64,000 bases of DNA from a virus (IMGVR_UViG_2902699553_000002:3496-67495); one strand, 5' to 3'; shown: positions 17,451-28,249, numbered from the stretch's first letter. Notes: generated by a model from the letters alone, not told the origin. Translations and numbers: made by a program.

Positions 17451-18269
17451 CTATTCTTGCCTGTTTCGAGATTCAACGGCCGATCCCCGCGGCATGATCG
17501 CAGCGACGCGATGAATGTGTACGATCTCGGTCATCGGTCTGGTGATCGGCGGAACACCGTTATTGATCGATCCCAGGCAGACGTCACCGTCGCGGATCCA
17601 CAGCAACTCCTTCACAACGCAGCTGCCATCCATAAATTTCACGACCACGTCATCGCCTGGCTGGGCCTCTACGTTTGGCTCGACCGCAATATATTCACCG
17701 CTTTTTATACGGGGTCGCATGCTGTCGCCCCGCACCTTCAGCCCATAGGCACCCGCATCACGCGATCTTACTTCGGGCAAATGGCTATGCCCGTGTCCTG
17801 CTGGGTAGTCATCAATGCTGATGTATCCGTCAGGCCCTCCCTGCACTTCCCCAACAATGGCCACGGAGCGTCCCTCTCTCAGTTCTAGTCTGTCGCCGAC
17901 ATTCGATTCTATCGGCTCACTGGAAATGCTAGACCGTCCCGCCAGAGGCAAATTGACAATCATGCCCCTTTCTTGTGCGCTGATTGAGGTATCGGGGATA
18001 TTGGAATTGTGCTGGGCAAATGTCGCCTCTCGTGGAACTGGCGCAACGCCCTTTCCATAGGCCAGCCACCCTGCGTCGCACTCGAGAACTTCGGCGAAAT
18101 GCTGTGTGTATTTGCTGGACTTGGCATTGTTGTTGTGGTTCAGCAAGTACTGAATGTTCTGCGGCTTGCAGCCATCCCCGACCCGTCTAGCCAACTCGCT
18201 CTGGTCAGACTGGGGATTGAGTCCAGCGCATTTCATGGCCCATTCAAGGCGATCGGCGTAAGTAATCAT
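17451..18269 (-). CDS. cI: CI-like repressor (HTH + S24 autopeptidase)
   Basis: N-terminal HTH QSELARRVG; VRGDSM Ser and VVKEL Lys; divergent from cro. Confidence 0.9.
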   Translation of the reverse strand: MITYADRLEWAMKCAGLNPQSDQSELARRVGDGCKPQNIQYLLNHNNNAKSSKYTQHFAEVLECDAGWLAYGKGVAPVPREATFAQHNSNIPDTSISAQERGMIVNLPLAGRSSISSEPIESNVGDRLELREGRSVAIVGEVQGGPDGYISIDDYPAGHGHSHLPEVRSRDAGAYGLKVRGDSMRPRIKSGEYIAVEPNVEAQPGDDVVVKFMDGSCVVKELLWIRDGDVCLGSINNGVPPITRPMTEIVHIHRVAAIMPRGSAVESRNRQE

Positions 18270-18343
18270 ACAAAGGATTTTGTATAAAACCGCAGCAAAA
18301 GTGCTTGTAGGTTTTTGTCCCCTGTGCTACAAATATGCTTGTA
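18269..18343. promoter_or_regulatory. oR operators
   Basis: TACAAAGGATTTTGTA 18269-18284, AGCAAAAGTGCTTGTA 18294-18309, TACAAATATGCTTGTA 18328-18343; same consensus as oL. Confidence 0.8.
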
Positions 18344-18361
18344 GACATTCACAGGCGCACC

Positions 18362-18688
18362 ATGAAGAAATCTCCTCCTGACACCGGCATCGCCAAAGCG
18401 ATCGCAATCGCTGGCAGCCAAGTCAAGCTCGCAGCCCTGATCGGCGCAAACCAGCAAATGGTTTCGTACTGGAACAAGGCTGGCATCGTTAGCGATACCG
18501 GAATGTGCGCCGCCATCGAACGCGAAACAGGGGTTCGGTGCGAGGAGCTTAATCGCAATGAAGACTGGGCAACCTTGCGGCTTGTTCTGTGCGCGCCGGA
18601 TCGTGACAACTTCGCGGCATCGGACGACACGCAACCACCAGTTGGCGGCTCGGTTGATGACTCGCCCTTGGCAAAGATGGTGGCCTAA
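18362..18688 (+). CDS. cro: Cro-like repressor (YdaS-type)
   Basis: AIAIAGSQVKLAALIG.NQQMVSYW..IERETGV.CEEL. Confidence 0.8.
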   Translation: MKKSPPDTGIAKAIAIAGSQVKLAALIGANQQMVSYWNKAGIVSDTGMCAAIERETGVRCEELNRNEDWATLRLVLCAPDRDNFAASDDTQPPVGGSVDDSPLAKMVA

Positions 18689-18937
18689 ATGACCCCGATT
18701 GAATCGTTGCTGAGCAGTCTCGACTGGCGGGAAGTCGAAAACGTCATTGCTGGCGATTTGCCCTATGCGACGCACGAAGGTTTCATGGAGTTGTTGGGCG
18801 TGCGTCTGCGCTGCTACAGGCTCAGTACGGGTCAGGCAATCATTCATCAGGACGACATGGTCGCCCTGCTCGGGTTGCTTGATGTGAATCTTCCTACTTC
18901 TGGCGACGAAAAGATGGCCCCAATGGTTTCGGTTTGA
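18689..18937 (+). CDS. Hypothetical protein
   Basis: Abuts the cro stop codon. Confidence 0.5.
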   Translation: MTPIESLLSSLDWREVENVIAGDLPYATHEGFMELLGVRLRCYRLSTGQAIIHQDDMVALLGLLDVNLPTSGDEKMAPMVSV

Positions 18938-19060
18938 CACGTTAGTAGTCCTTTTTTTCTTGGCGTCTTTGTTGACGCCTTTATTTGGCCCTCTTTGCAT
19001 CTGGGTAATCAAGTTGGGAAGCATCTGGGGTCTGATTGCATTTACCTAAGGGAGGTCGTG

Positions 19061-19426
19061 ATGGAGCAGTTTGAAATGCGGATGTTTGCGATGTACCAGG
19101 AGCCTGTGCGGCTTCCGGACGCGCAAATTGAAGCGATGACGTTTGAGAGCGCGCTTTCGAAGGCGCTAGAGCACGGTCTCAAGCGGTTCGATCGCAAGAC
19201 GTTGGCGAAGTTGTGCGGCATTCACTATCCGCACTTCGGCGATCTGATCGCCGGGCGTCGGCCCTTTCCTGCCGTCAAGTTGTCGCGTTTCTGCATGCTG
19301 ACGGCTTGCGACTATCCGCGGCAATGGATCGAAACGCAGGATCGGCGCGAGCTGGAGCAATACAAGGCTCAGAGCGCACAAGTTGTTGGCGAGTACATTC
19401 AGAAGGCCATGGGGAGAGCGGCATGA
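19061..19426 (+). CDS. CII-like HTH regulator
   Basis: DRKTLAKLCGIHYPHFGDLIAGRR; cII position; GGAGG SD. Confidence 0.6.
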   Translation: MEQFEMRMFAMYQEPVRLPDAQIEAMTFESALSKALEHGLKRFDRKTLAKLCGIHYPHFGDLIAGRRPFPAVKLSRFCMLTACDYPRQWIETQDRRELEQYKAQSAQVVGEYIQKAMGRAA

Positions 19427-20043
19427 GCGAATTGATCATCCAGGCGCGCCGGGCAACGACGCTTATCTCCGGAGCATGGGCAGCCCACGTTGAAGTCAGC
19501 AAGGCCGTCGCACGCGGCGATCTTGCACCCGTTGCCAGCCTACGCTGCGTCGATTGCGGCAACCCGGCGCACGCGTACGATCACCGCGATTACGGCCGAC
19601 CTCTTGATGTCGAGCCTGTCTGCACTCCCTGTAATGCCATTCGGGGCGCCGCTAAACCCAGCGAAGAATCACTGTTGGCTCATGCGGGCGCCACGCTCGA
19701 AAGCGAAGATGGATGGAAGGCACGCGCGGTAGTCCCAGTCCTTCTCGGCGCGGCGTTGATTGCAAGCGCTAAGACCTACCGCCAAGCAGTTCGGCTGGCT
19801 TGGGCATACCGCACGAGCCAATATATGACTCGAGCCTCCTTGGCCGAGCGTATCGGCGCCTACGCATCGCATGTCACCGATTACTTCCACACAGACGATG
19901 CTTCGGGCCGGCGCAGTCTGCCGCCTGAACTCATTGACGACTTCGAGTGTGCAGTCGGGAATCGTGCCGTCACCCAATATCTGATGCGCAAGACCGGCCT
20001 TTCCATCATGGAAGAAGTAATTGCTATGCGGGCGGCAGCATGA
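19423..20043 (+). CDS. HNH-like Zn domain fused to a second CII-like HTH domain
   Basis: CVDC..HAYDHRDYGRPLDVEPVCTPCN, then MTRASLAERIG..SHVTDYF..VGNRAVTQY. Confidence 0.6.
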   Translation: MSELIIQARRATTLISGAWAAHVEVSKAVARGDLAPVASLRCVDCGNPAHAYDHRDYGRPLDVEPVCTPCNAIRGAAKPSEESLLAHAGATLESEDGWKARAVVPVLLGAALIASAKTYRQAVRLAWAYRTSQYMTRASLAERIGAYASHVTDYFHTDDASGRRSLPPELIDDFECAVGNRAVTQYLMRKTGLSIMEEVIAMRAAA

Positions 20044-20418
20044 CCGTCTCCGATCTCATCGAAGAATTGCAGAAGTTTCCAGGCCATCACCGCGTGTTCA
20101 TTGAACACGAAGTACCGACCATGGATCATTGCGGTATCGCAACCGACTGGGCGGCTATCCAGACGCTGCGCGCGGATCGCGACTGCACTGTCGTAATTGA
20201 TGGCGTTAGGAGCATCGCGTGACCAACACCCCCACCAACGGCGCGGTCACTACCGCCATGCAGCGCGACCACTGGTACCGCAGCCTGCGCTACGTGCCCC
20301 GCGACCGCTCCATCGTCGACCGGATTCTTGAGTCGCCCGCGACCTTTTTCGTCTCGCTTGGGCTGCTCTGTGCGCTGTCTATTGCTGGTGTTGTGGAGTG
20401 TTTGATGGGAGGTGTGCT

Positions 20419-20691
20419 GTGAACGTGAAAGTTGGTGATCTGGCTTACCAGACTTACGAGGGAACTTCCTGCGGGCGAGTCTACGAAGTGCTCAGCATCA
20501 ATTGCGACCATCTTCGGTGGGGGCGAGTTTGGAATGTCCGTTGCGCCAATCCTTTGCAGACATTCGATCCCCACACTGACGCACCCGTTGCGTTTTCAAC
20601 CGATTTTCAGTGCCCGGACGACTGGCTGCGTCCGATCTCCGGCGTTCCTGTCGACGACGAGGTAATTGAAGACCTCCGGGAGCCAGCATGA
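20419..20691 (+). CDS. Hypothetical phage protein
   Basis: NVKVGDLA...PDDWLRPISG motif. Confidence 0.55.
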   Translation: MNVKVGDLAYQTYEGTSCGRVYEVLSINCDHLRWGRVWNVRCANPLQTFDPHTDAPVAFSTDFQCPDDWLRPISGVPVDDEVIEDLREPA

Positions 20692-21452
20692 AGCCTCTGC
20701 TGATTCTCACCTCCCTCGTCCTCGGCGGATTCCTCGCGCTCTGGGCAGTTTGTGCGCTGGTTATGCGGGTTCAGGGGGCGCTATGACGAAAAAGGCACTT
20801 GCCAATACGTCTTCCTTGGCATCGATTGGATTGCAGGCGATCGAGACACAGAAAGCTCGCCGCGCTTGGCTTGACGCGGTGCGTGCGAACGGTCTCGCCT
20901 TAAAGGAATTCGTCACCGAAGTGGGTGAATCGTATGTCTTCGGCACTGACGATCCTGATCCAGTCATCGAAGAAACATATGCGGCTCGACGCGCGGCAGC
21001 CAAGGAAAGTCTCAAGCAGGCCCGCAAGCTTCGCGCGGCAATCACTCGGTATCTGGAGGAGCGGGCATGAAACGCGACCTCTTCAACGCCCCGTCGCCTA
21101 CGTGGCTCGAACAATCCGAACTCGCCCGCAAGATCGCACAGGCAAAGAAGGTTGAAAAGAGCCAGCTGGTGACCCTTCTGTGCGCCTCACTCGCGCGGAT
21201 GACCGAAAAGCCGAAGCACCGGAGGCCGCTGTGAGCGCTCGATTATCCAAGGCAGAAATGCGCATTTCTAGGGCGATGGATTCGCTTGTCAAGAAGCTGC
21301 CGGCCGATGCTTTCCCGATCGCCGATCCCGACCTTGCAGCACTGTCGGAACTGCTGCATCGCATGTCGGTGTGCAACGAGGATACGCCGGCAACGCGGAT
21401 GGCTGGTGAGGCTATCAGAAGGCTGCGGGCTTATTTGATGAAGGGGAAGTGA

Positions 21453-21887
21453 ATGGCTTGGGGATTTGTTTACGTGCTGTCGAATGATTGCATGCCAGGG
21501 ATCTACAAGATTGGTTTTACGGAGCGAGCCCCTGCTGAGCGTCTTGAACAGTTGTCTTCTGCAACATCTGTTCCCGTGGAATTCGACCTGGTTTTGTTTG
21601 CGCAGGTGAAAAACCCGCGCGCCCTAGAAAAGAAACTTCACGATCATTTCGATATGGATCGCGTGAACCCCGGACGAGAGTTCTTCAATTGCTCAATCAG
21701 AGAGATCATGCGCGTCCTGGAGGATTCCGTTGACCGCGAGCAGATATTCACCGGACTAAATTTCCCGACAATCGAATGGGACGAAGAGTGCGCAGATATA
21801 GATCGACGGCGCCAGAGCGTTCTAGATCATTTCTTTGAGCAATCCCACGACCCCATTCACTGGTCGCAGTTTCGTGGTTTTGATTAA
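21453..21887 (+). CDS. T5orf172/MUG113-type GIY-YIG domain protein
   Basis: GFVYVLSN..PGIYKIGFT..R..LS.ATSVP..E...H...R....REFF. Confidence 0.8.
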   Translation: MAWGFVYVLSNDCMPGIYKIGFTERAPAERLEQLSSATSVPVEFDLVLFAQVKNPRALEKKLHDHFDMDRVNPGREFFNCSIREIMRVLEDSVDREQIFTGLNFPTIEWDEECADIDRRRQSVLDHFFEQSHDPIHWSQFRGFD

Positions 21888-21896
21888 GGCGGCCGA

Positions 21897-22946
21897 GTGT
21901 CAGATGCATCACCGCAACTCGAGAACGGTTATACGAGGCTCGCTAATGAGCTTCTGGACGCGCTCATTAGCGCGGGTCTAACAGCTAGGCAATGGGCGGT
22001 CGTGATGGCGATCATTCGTAAAACGTACGGCTTCAACAAGGCTTCCGATGAAATCGGTCTGTCGCAGTTGTCTGCCATGACGGGTCTCGACAAGTCGAAC
22101 CTGAGCAGAACCGTGCGTGAACTCGAAGGCACCAAGGTGATTCATCGTGGCGACGGAACCCATGGTCATACGCTTGGCATCAACAAAAATCACAAGCAAT
22201 GGGAGTTGTCGAATCAACAACCCCAGTTGTCAAAACAACAACCGTTGTCAGAACAACAACCGTTGTCAGAACAACAACCGTTGTCAGAACAACAACCGGG
22301 GGGTTGTCAGAACAACAACGAAGGGGTTGTTGAAACGACAACTAAGGGGTTGTCAGAACAACAACCACAATATACGTCTTTAAAAACACCTCAAAAGACA
22401 ACTCCAAAAGACATGAGCGCTGGCGCGCTCGCCGCTCGCTTCGATACGTTCTATTCGGCCTATCCGAAAAAGCGCAACCGAGGCAGAGCAAAGAAGGCTT
22501 TCCTGAAACTAAAGCCTGACGATTCGTTCCTGCAAATCATGCTTGAAGCCGTAGAGGTCGCGAAGCGTTGTCGCGATGACTGGCGCAAGGATGGCGGCCA
22601 ATTCATTCCTTACGCCGAAGCTTGGCTCAACGCCGAGGGATGGGCCGACGGGGTAGATCAAACCGAATATTCGGATGCCGAACTTGCTGTGATCGATTCT
22701 TACAACGCTGTCATGACAGGCGATTGGCCGCGGGCTGTAATCGACCCGTTCAGTCCGGCGCGCGCCAGCGATATCCGGATGTTTCTTGAGTTCGCTCCTG
22801 AAAAGCCGGATATGCCGACGAAGTATTTCGAGCATTGCGAGGCGAATTTGAAGCCTGTCGAGAACCTAGGGTTCGAATGGCTAATCGACCGCGAAACGTA
22901 CATCCGCGTGAAAGAGGACGCAGTAAAGCACAAGGAATCGAAATGA
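21897..22946 (+). CDS. Replication initiator, lambda O-like
   Basis: LENGYTRLANELL..IIRKTYGFNK; internal iterons; FYSAYPKK..WLN. Confidence 0.88.
   Translation: MSDASPQLENGYTRLANELLDALISAGLTARQWAVVMAIIRKTYGFNKASDEIGLSQLSAMTGLDKSNLSRTVRELEGTKVIHRGDGTHGHTLGINKNHKQWELSNQQPQLSKQQPLSEQQPLSEQQPLSEQQPGGCQNNNEGVVETTTKGLSEQQPQYTSLKTPQKTTPKDMSAGALAARFDTFYSAYPKKRNRGRAKKAFLKLKPDDSFLQIMLEAVEVAKRCRDDWRKDGGQFIPYAEAWLNAEGWADGVDQTEYSDAELAVIDSYNAVMTGDWPRAVIDPFSPARASDIRMFLEFAPEKPDMPTKYFEHCEANLKPVENLGFEWLIDRETYIRVKEDAVKHKESK
22205..22365. repeat. Origin iterons: eight copies of about GTTGTCAGAACAACAAC, partly as 18-bp tandem repeats
   Basis: Semi-palindromic GTTGT-N7-ACAAC inside the O gene, followed by an A-rich tract. 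Confidence 0.85.
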
Positions 22947-24340
22947 ACGCACCGGACCGCATCCCCCAAGACCACGGCCTGACCGTCCCGCCACAGGCTA
23001 TTGAGGCCGAACAGTCCGTGCTTGGAGCCCTGTTTCTCGACAACGACGCCATCGATCGTATCCCCGACCTGCGCGCCGAGCATTTCTATCGCTACGACCA
23101 CCGGATCATTTTCGAGCACATCACGCGAATGATTATGGCCGGCCGGCGCGCTGATGTAATCACGGTCTACGAGTCGCTTGGCGCTGCCGGCAAGGATCAA
23201 CAGGTAGGCGGCCTGCCCTACCTCAACGACCTCGCGCAGAACGTCCCCGGCAGCGCCGGCATCCGCCGTTATGCCGAGATCGTGATCGAGCGCGCCCAGT
23301 TGCGCGGCATTTTGTCTGCGGTCGATGAGATCGGCGCAATGGTGCATAACCGTTCCGGCAAGACGGCATCCGAAATCATTGCCGTGGCGCAGGAACGTCT
23401 TGAACCGCTGGCCGAGGCGCGTAGTTTCGAGCCGAAGGAAGTCGGCCCGGTCCTGACGCACATCGTCGAGGAAATTGACGCCCGGTATCACGGCGCCGAA
23501 CTCGCCGTGACTTCGACGGGCTTTGTCGACCTGGATGCAAAGCTGGGCGGTGGCATGCGCGGCTCGGAACTGATCATCGTGGCCGGCAGGCCCTCCCAGG
23601 GCAAGACGGCGTTCTCAATGAACATCGGCGTCAAAGTGGCCCGCTCCGGCGGCGTGGTTCTCGTCTTCTCGCTCGAGATGTCGGCGGAAGCCCTGCATCA
23701 GCGCAATCTCGCCAACGTTGGCGGCATTCATCTCGGGCACATCCTGGACGGGAAGAAGATCACCCTGGAAGACTGGCCGCGCCTCACCTACGCCGTTCAG
23801 GTTATGTCCGAGATGCAGATGCTGGTTGACGACGCTTCCGGACTTTCGCTGGCCGAGATCGTCAGCCGCAGTCGTGCCGCGAAGCGCCGCGCCGGCCGTC
23901 TGGATCTGGTCATCGTCGATTACCTGGGCCTGATGACCGGAGGATCCGAGGAAAGCCAGAACCTGCGCATTGCCAGCTATTCGGCGGGCCTCAAGGGCCT
24001 CGCCAAGCAACTCAATATTCCCGTTCTTGTGCTGGCCCAGCTTAACCGCGGTGTCGAGCAACGCCCGAACAAGCGTCCGAACATGTCCGATCTGCGCGAC
24101 TCAGGCGCAATTGAGCAGGATGCGGATGTGATCCTGATGCTCTACCGCGATGAGGTCTACAACCTCGATAGCCCGGACAAAGGCACCGCCGAACTCATCA
24201 TCGGCAAGCAACGCAACGGCGAGACCGGCATCGTGCGACTTGCGTTCATGGGCGAGCACCAGAAGTTTGCGGACATGGCGCCGGGTTATGTGCCGGTTCC
24301 TCGCAAAGCGCCTGAAAAAGCACGGCGCGGATTCGAATAA
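22943..24340 (+). CDS. dnaB: Replicative DNA helicase
   Basis: PPQAIEAEQSVLG, AGRPSQGKT, IVDYLGL, AQLNR, SDLRDSGAIEQDAD, KQRNG. Confidence 0.95.
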   Translation: MNAPDRIPQDHGLTVPPQAIEAEQSVLGALFLDNDAIDRIPDLRAEHFYRYDHRIIFEHITRMIMAGRRADVITVYESLGAAGKDQQVGGLPYLNDLAQNVPGSAGIRRYAEIVIERAQLRGILSAVDEIGAMVHNRSGKTASEIIAVAQERLEPLAEARSFEPKEVGPVLTHIVEEIDARYHGAELAVTSTGFVDLDAKLGGGMRGSELIIVAGRPSQGKTAFSMNIGVKVARSGGVVLVFSLEMSAEALHQRNLANVGGIHLGHILDGKKITLEDWPRLTYAVQVMSEMQMLVDDASGLSLAEIVSRSRAAKRRAGRLDLVIVDYLGLMTGGSEESQNLRIASYSAGLKGLAKQLNIPVLVLAQLNRGVEQRPNKRPNMSDLRDSGAIEQDADVILMLYRDEVYNLDSPDKGTAELIIGKQRNGETGIVRLAFMGEHQKFADMAPGYVPVPRKAPEKARRGFE

Positions 24341-24405
24341 AGCATTTGGCGCTGAGGCAGAGCAGCAGTTGAAGGATGGGCTTAAACACATGTGGGAGAA
24401 GAGAA

Positions 24406-24861
24406 ATGCTAAACCGTGAAAAACCATCACTGAAAATCGTGATCGATACGATCGCACAACATGGCCCCTCCGATATTGAGCAGCTAATCGGCATGCTTCC
24501 GATGTCGCACACACCAATCTACAAGCTGTGCAAGCTTGCGACGGAGCAAGGCTACCTGTCGTCAGAGCGGATCAAGAAAGAGGGCGTCTGCGGTCGCCGT
24601 CATCTGACCTATACGCGGACTGAGAAGCCGTATGCGCCCCCCAAGGTGTCCGAGAAGACCCTGAGAAATCGCAGGGGCAAAGAACGCGCGCGCATGAAGG
24701 CAGAAAGGATGAATGGCATTGCGCAACCCTTCCGCCACTGGCAAGACGCATTGTTGTTTGGTTCCTACCCAAAGTCGTTCGAGCCGACTCTTGTCGCTGG
24801 TCGCATATTCAAACAGTCGATGGAAGTCACTGAAGACGAGTTAGAGGAGCAAGCCGCATGA
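24406..24861 (+). CDS. Hypothetical wHTH-like protein
   Basis: Operon context downstream of dnaB. Confidence 0.5.
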   Translation: MLNREKPSLKIVIDTIAQHGPSDIEQLIGMLPMSHTPIYKLCKLATEQGYLSSERIKKEGVCGRRHLTYTRTEKPYAPPKVSEKTLRNRRGKERARMKAERMNGIAQPFRHWQDALLFGSYPKSFEPTLVAGRIFKQSMEVTEDELEEQAA

Positions 24862-24892
24862 CCACAAAAGTACTCGACTGGCTGGCGGGGGA

Positions 24893-25647
24893 ATGATGGA
24901 CTGGACCGACAAATGTCATTTCGGCGATTGCCGGGACCTAATGGCCGAAATGCCAGAGGGGATCGCTGACGCCTGCATCACCGATCCTCCTTATGGTGAC
25001 ACCAGCCTCGTTTGGGATCGTCAGTGCCTGTTCTGGATTGACCGAGTCGCACGGGTTCTCAAGCCGACCGCCAGCATCTGGGTATTCGGCAGCATGCGGT
25101 TTCTCGCTCCGATGTTCGATGACATGTCGGCTGCGGGGTTCAAGTACGCCCAGGATATCGTATGGGAGAAGCAGAACGGTTCCGGGCTCCACAACGATCG
25201 TTTCCGTCGAGTGCACGAATATGCCGTGCAGTTCTACCGCGGTGTCTGGGCAGACGTCTACAAGGAGCCTCAGTTCACGCAGGATGCAACGGCGCGGACG
25301 CTACGCCGCAAGACGCGCCCTACCCATTTCGGAGAGGTCGCCGGTTCGGATGCCACCTACTCAAGCGAGGACGGCGGCCCGCGCCTTCAACGATCCGTCA
25401 TTTACCAGGCCAACGAACACGGCAAAGCATTCCACCCCACCCAGAAGCCGCTAGGCATTCTCGCACCGCTGATTGCCTACTCCGTTCCTCCCGGCGGCGT
25501 CGTGCTCGATCCGTTCCTGGGTAGTGGGTCGACGGCAATCGCTGCGCGGCAACTCGGCCGCCACTGGATTGGGTGTGAGAACGACCCGGCCAGTATGGCG
25601 GCGCAAGACGAACGGTTTCGTCAATCCGACATGTTTGCGGAACCCGC

Positions 25648-25651
<4 letters not shown>
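24893..25651 (+). CDS. N6A/N4C DNA methyltransferase (beta class)
   Basis: DPPY, HPTQKP, LDPFLGSGST. Confidence 0.9.
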
Positions 25652-25831
<180 letters not shown>

Positions 25832-25839
<8 letters not shown>

Positions 25840-26770
25840 GCTTCATCTATTCGCGGGCGCTGGTGGAGGCATTCTTGCCGGCCAGCTTCGAGGAAACCGA
25901 TGTGTCTGCGCCGTCGAGCGTGAGCCATACGCTCAAGCCGTGCTTGTGGCACGACAAAACGACGGGACGTTTCCCCCTTTCCCGGTTTGGGATGACGTGC
26001 GCACCTTTGACGGACGACCGTGGCGCGGCATTGTTGACATCGTTGCTGGCGGATTTCCGTGTCAAGACGTCAGCGTTGCAGGAACTGGCGACGGCCTCGA
26101 CGGCGAGCGAAGCGGGCTATGGACTGAAATGGCGCGGATCATTCGCGAAGTACGACCCAAGCGAGTCGAAGTGGAAAACAGCCCAGTGCTCACTTCTCGG
26201 GGACTCGGACGAGTTCTTGGAGACTTGGCCGAGATGGGGTTCGATGTTGAATGGGGAGTGCTATCTGCGGCCGATTGTGGCGCCCACCATCTCCGCGAGC
26301 GCATCTGGATTCTGGCCCACGCCGACAGCGAGTCTAGCGGACAAGGGTGGTCGGGTGACGCCGATGAAGGGGCGCGAGGGTGGAACTTTGATCGAAGCGC
26401 TGTCCGCGCGCATGTTCCCGACACCATGCGCGATCGACTCGGGCGGCGGCCGGATGAACAAGAGCGCGAGCTCGGGAGCCAAGGAGCGGCCGACGCTGGG
26501 GCTGATGGCGAGAAAGGGTTTATGGCCAACGCCATGTGCAAGCGCATCCAAGGGATCGTCGCCGGCAGCGCTGACCCGCAAGGACGGAAAGGATCGATCG
26601 AACGATCGGATCGACCACGCGGTTATGGCTTTGGACGGTGGCCAGTTGAACCCGGAATGGGTCGAGTGGTTGATGGGATGGCCCATCGGGCACACCGCAT
26701 TAGAGCCCTTGGCAACGGCCAGGTACCGCGAGTGGCTTGTGCAGCATTCACCATTCTCTCAAGCAAGTGA
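25832..26770 (+). CDS. C5 cytosine methyltransferase, catalytic (alpha) polypeptide
   Basis: LFAGAGG (I), GGFPCQD (IV), VENSP (VI), HLRERIW (VIII), ALGNGQVP (X); motif IX not found in this frame. Confidence 0.88.
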
Positions 26771-26783
26771 GGAAGCAGCATGA
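25836..26783 (+). CDS. Overlapping +1-frame polypeptide supplying TRD and motif IX (beta subunit)
   Basis: Three (W/F)PTP repeats and LNPEWVEWLMGWP; ATGA-coupled to the upstream and downstream genes. Confidence 0.7.
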
Positions 26784-26970
26784 ACATCCGCGATGTCCAC
26801 GGCATAGATTCGGCCAAAGACCTTTACGAGCTCGCAGCCAGCTACCAGGTGCACGTATCCAGCATGGATGCACTGGTGAGATTTGCGATTGATCTCCAAA
26901 AGCGGGCGCTTGCGCAGTTTGTGGCGGCGGATGGGCCGGCGGTGGAGATTCGGGTTTTGGGAGAGACGGA

Positions 26971-27813
26971 GTGAGGTCTCCATACCTGATCGACGGTCCG
27001 ACCTGCATCAGTCTGAGCGGTGGCCGCACGTCTGCGCATCTGCTGTTCATGATCATCCGGGCGAATGGTGGCATCCCAGCCGGAACTGTGATTCTGTTCT
27101 GCAACACCGGCAAGGAAGAAGAGGCGACTCTCCGATTCATCAGGGATATCGCCAATCATTGGAATGTCACGGTCGTCTGGCTTGAGTACCGCAGCGACAG
27201 CGAGTTTGAGGTCGTTACGTTCGAGACTGCCAGCCGGAATGGCGAGCCATTTGAGGCAATCATCCGTCAGCGCGGCGGAATCCTGCCCAATCCGCGCTCC
27301 CGCTACTGCTCAAGCGAAATGAAGACTCGCACGATGCACCGCTATCTGCGCTCCATTGGCTTTACGGAGTGGGACACGATGCTCGGCATTCGGGCCGACG
27401 AACCAAAGCGCGTTGCCACGTTTCGCCGCAACCCTCATCCGGAGACTAAAGACGAAATGGTTCTGATCCCACTCGCAGATGCCGGAGTCAGCGCGCGCGA
27501 TGTTGGCGACTTCTGGCGCGCGCAGGAGTTTGACCTTGGTTTGCCGAACATGAATGGCAAGACCATGCACGGCAACTGTGATCTTTGCTTCCTGAAACCC
27601 GCTCATCAGGTCTACAGCCTGGTTGCGGAGAAACCTGAGCGAGCCATCTGGTGGGCCGAACAGGAACGTCAAGCGGAAGAATTCGCGCATGGCAATGGAT
27701 GCCGGTTCCGCGATGAGCGTCCTAGCTATCAACGCATGGCGCAATACGCGAGGCAGCAGCAAGACATGTTCGACCAGTTGGAAGAATCCATTTCCTGCCT
27801 TTGCGGAGATTGA
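26971..27813 (+). CDS. PAPS-reductase-like (PP-loop) phage protein
   Basis: SLSGGRTS, FCNTGKE, RYCS..K, GIRADE, GNCDLCFLK. Confidence 0.8.
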   Translation: MRSPYLIDGPTCISLSGGRTSAHLLFMIIRANGGIPAGTVILFCNTGKEEEATLRFIRDIANHWNVTVVWLEYRSDSEFEVVTFETASRNGEPFEAIIRQRGGILPNPRSRYCSSEMKTRTMHRYLRSIGFTEWDTMLGIRADEPKRVATFRRNPHPETKDEMVLIPLADAGVSARDVGDFWRAQEFDLGLPNMNGKTMHGNCDLCFLKPAHQVYSLVAEKPERAIWWAEQERQAEEFAHGNGCRFRDERPSYQRMAQYARQQQDMFDQLEESISCLCGD

Positions 27814-27814
27814 C

Positions 27815-28249
27815 ATGAGCGACAAGCAACTGTTCCGCCTGACGCACCCAACCGCCCGCCAGATGGCGTCACGTGCCTGCATCAACGCACCTGACGGCTT
27901 CGTGGTTGAAATCAAGCCCGCAACACGATCGATCGACCAAAACGCGAAGCTTCACGCAATGTTTGCCGATGTGGCACGTCAGTCTGCACTGCACGGTCGC
28001 AAGCTCACAGCCGACCAATGGAAGGTCATTTTCATTTCCGGGCATGCCGTGGCGACCGGGCTTGGTGCCGACCTGTTACCCGGCATCGAAGGCGAGTTCG
28101 TAAACATCCGCGAGAGCAGCGCGCGCATGGGCGTGAAAAGAATGGCAAGCCTCATCGAATATATGTTGGCGTGGGGAGCGGATAACGAGATTGTCTGGTC
28201 GGAGCCGGTCGCCCAAGGCTACGAACAACTCGCAGAGCAATTCGCATGA
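27815..28249 (+). CDS. ninB: NinB/Orf-like recombination protein
   Basis: RSIDQNAKLHAM..W K..F..S.ARM....M..LIEY..AWG. Confidence 0.8.
   Translation: MSDKQLFRLTHPTARQMASRACINAPDGFVVEIKPATRSIDQNAKLHAMFADVARQSALHGRKLTADQWKVIFISGHAVATGLGADLLPGIEGEFVNIRESSARMGVKRMASLIEYMLAWGADNEIVWSEPVAQGYEQLAEQFA

Noticed and set aside
21067-21990. Recoded duplicate of the O gene 5' end around the GIY-YIG gene, as at the portal
   Set aside because: The O start has some atypical codons but no upstream stub with matching peptide was found
22205-22365. Tandem repeats as a possible CRISPR array
   Set aside because: No unique spacers; in-frame within the O gene; fits origin iterons
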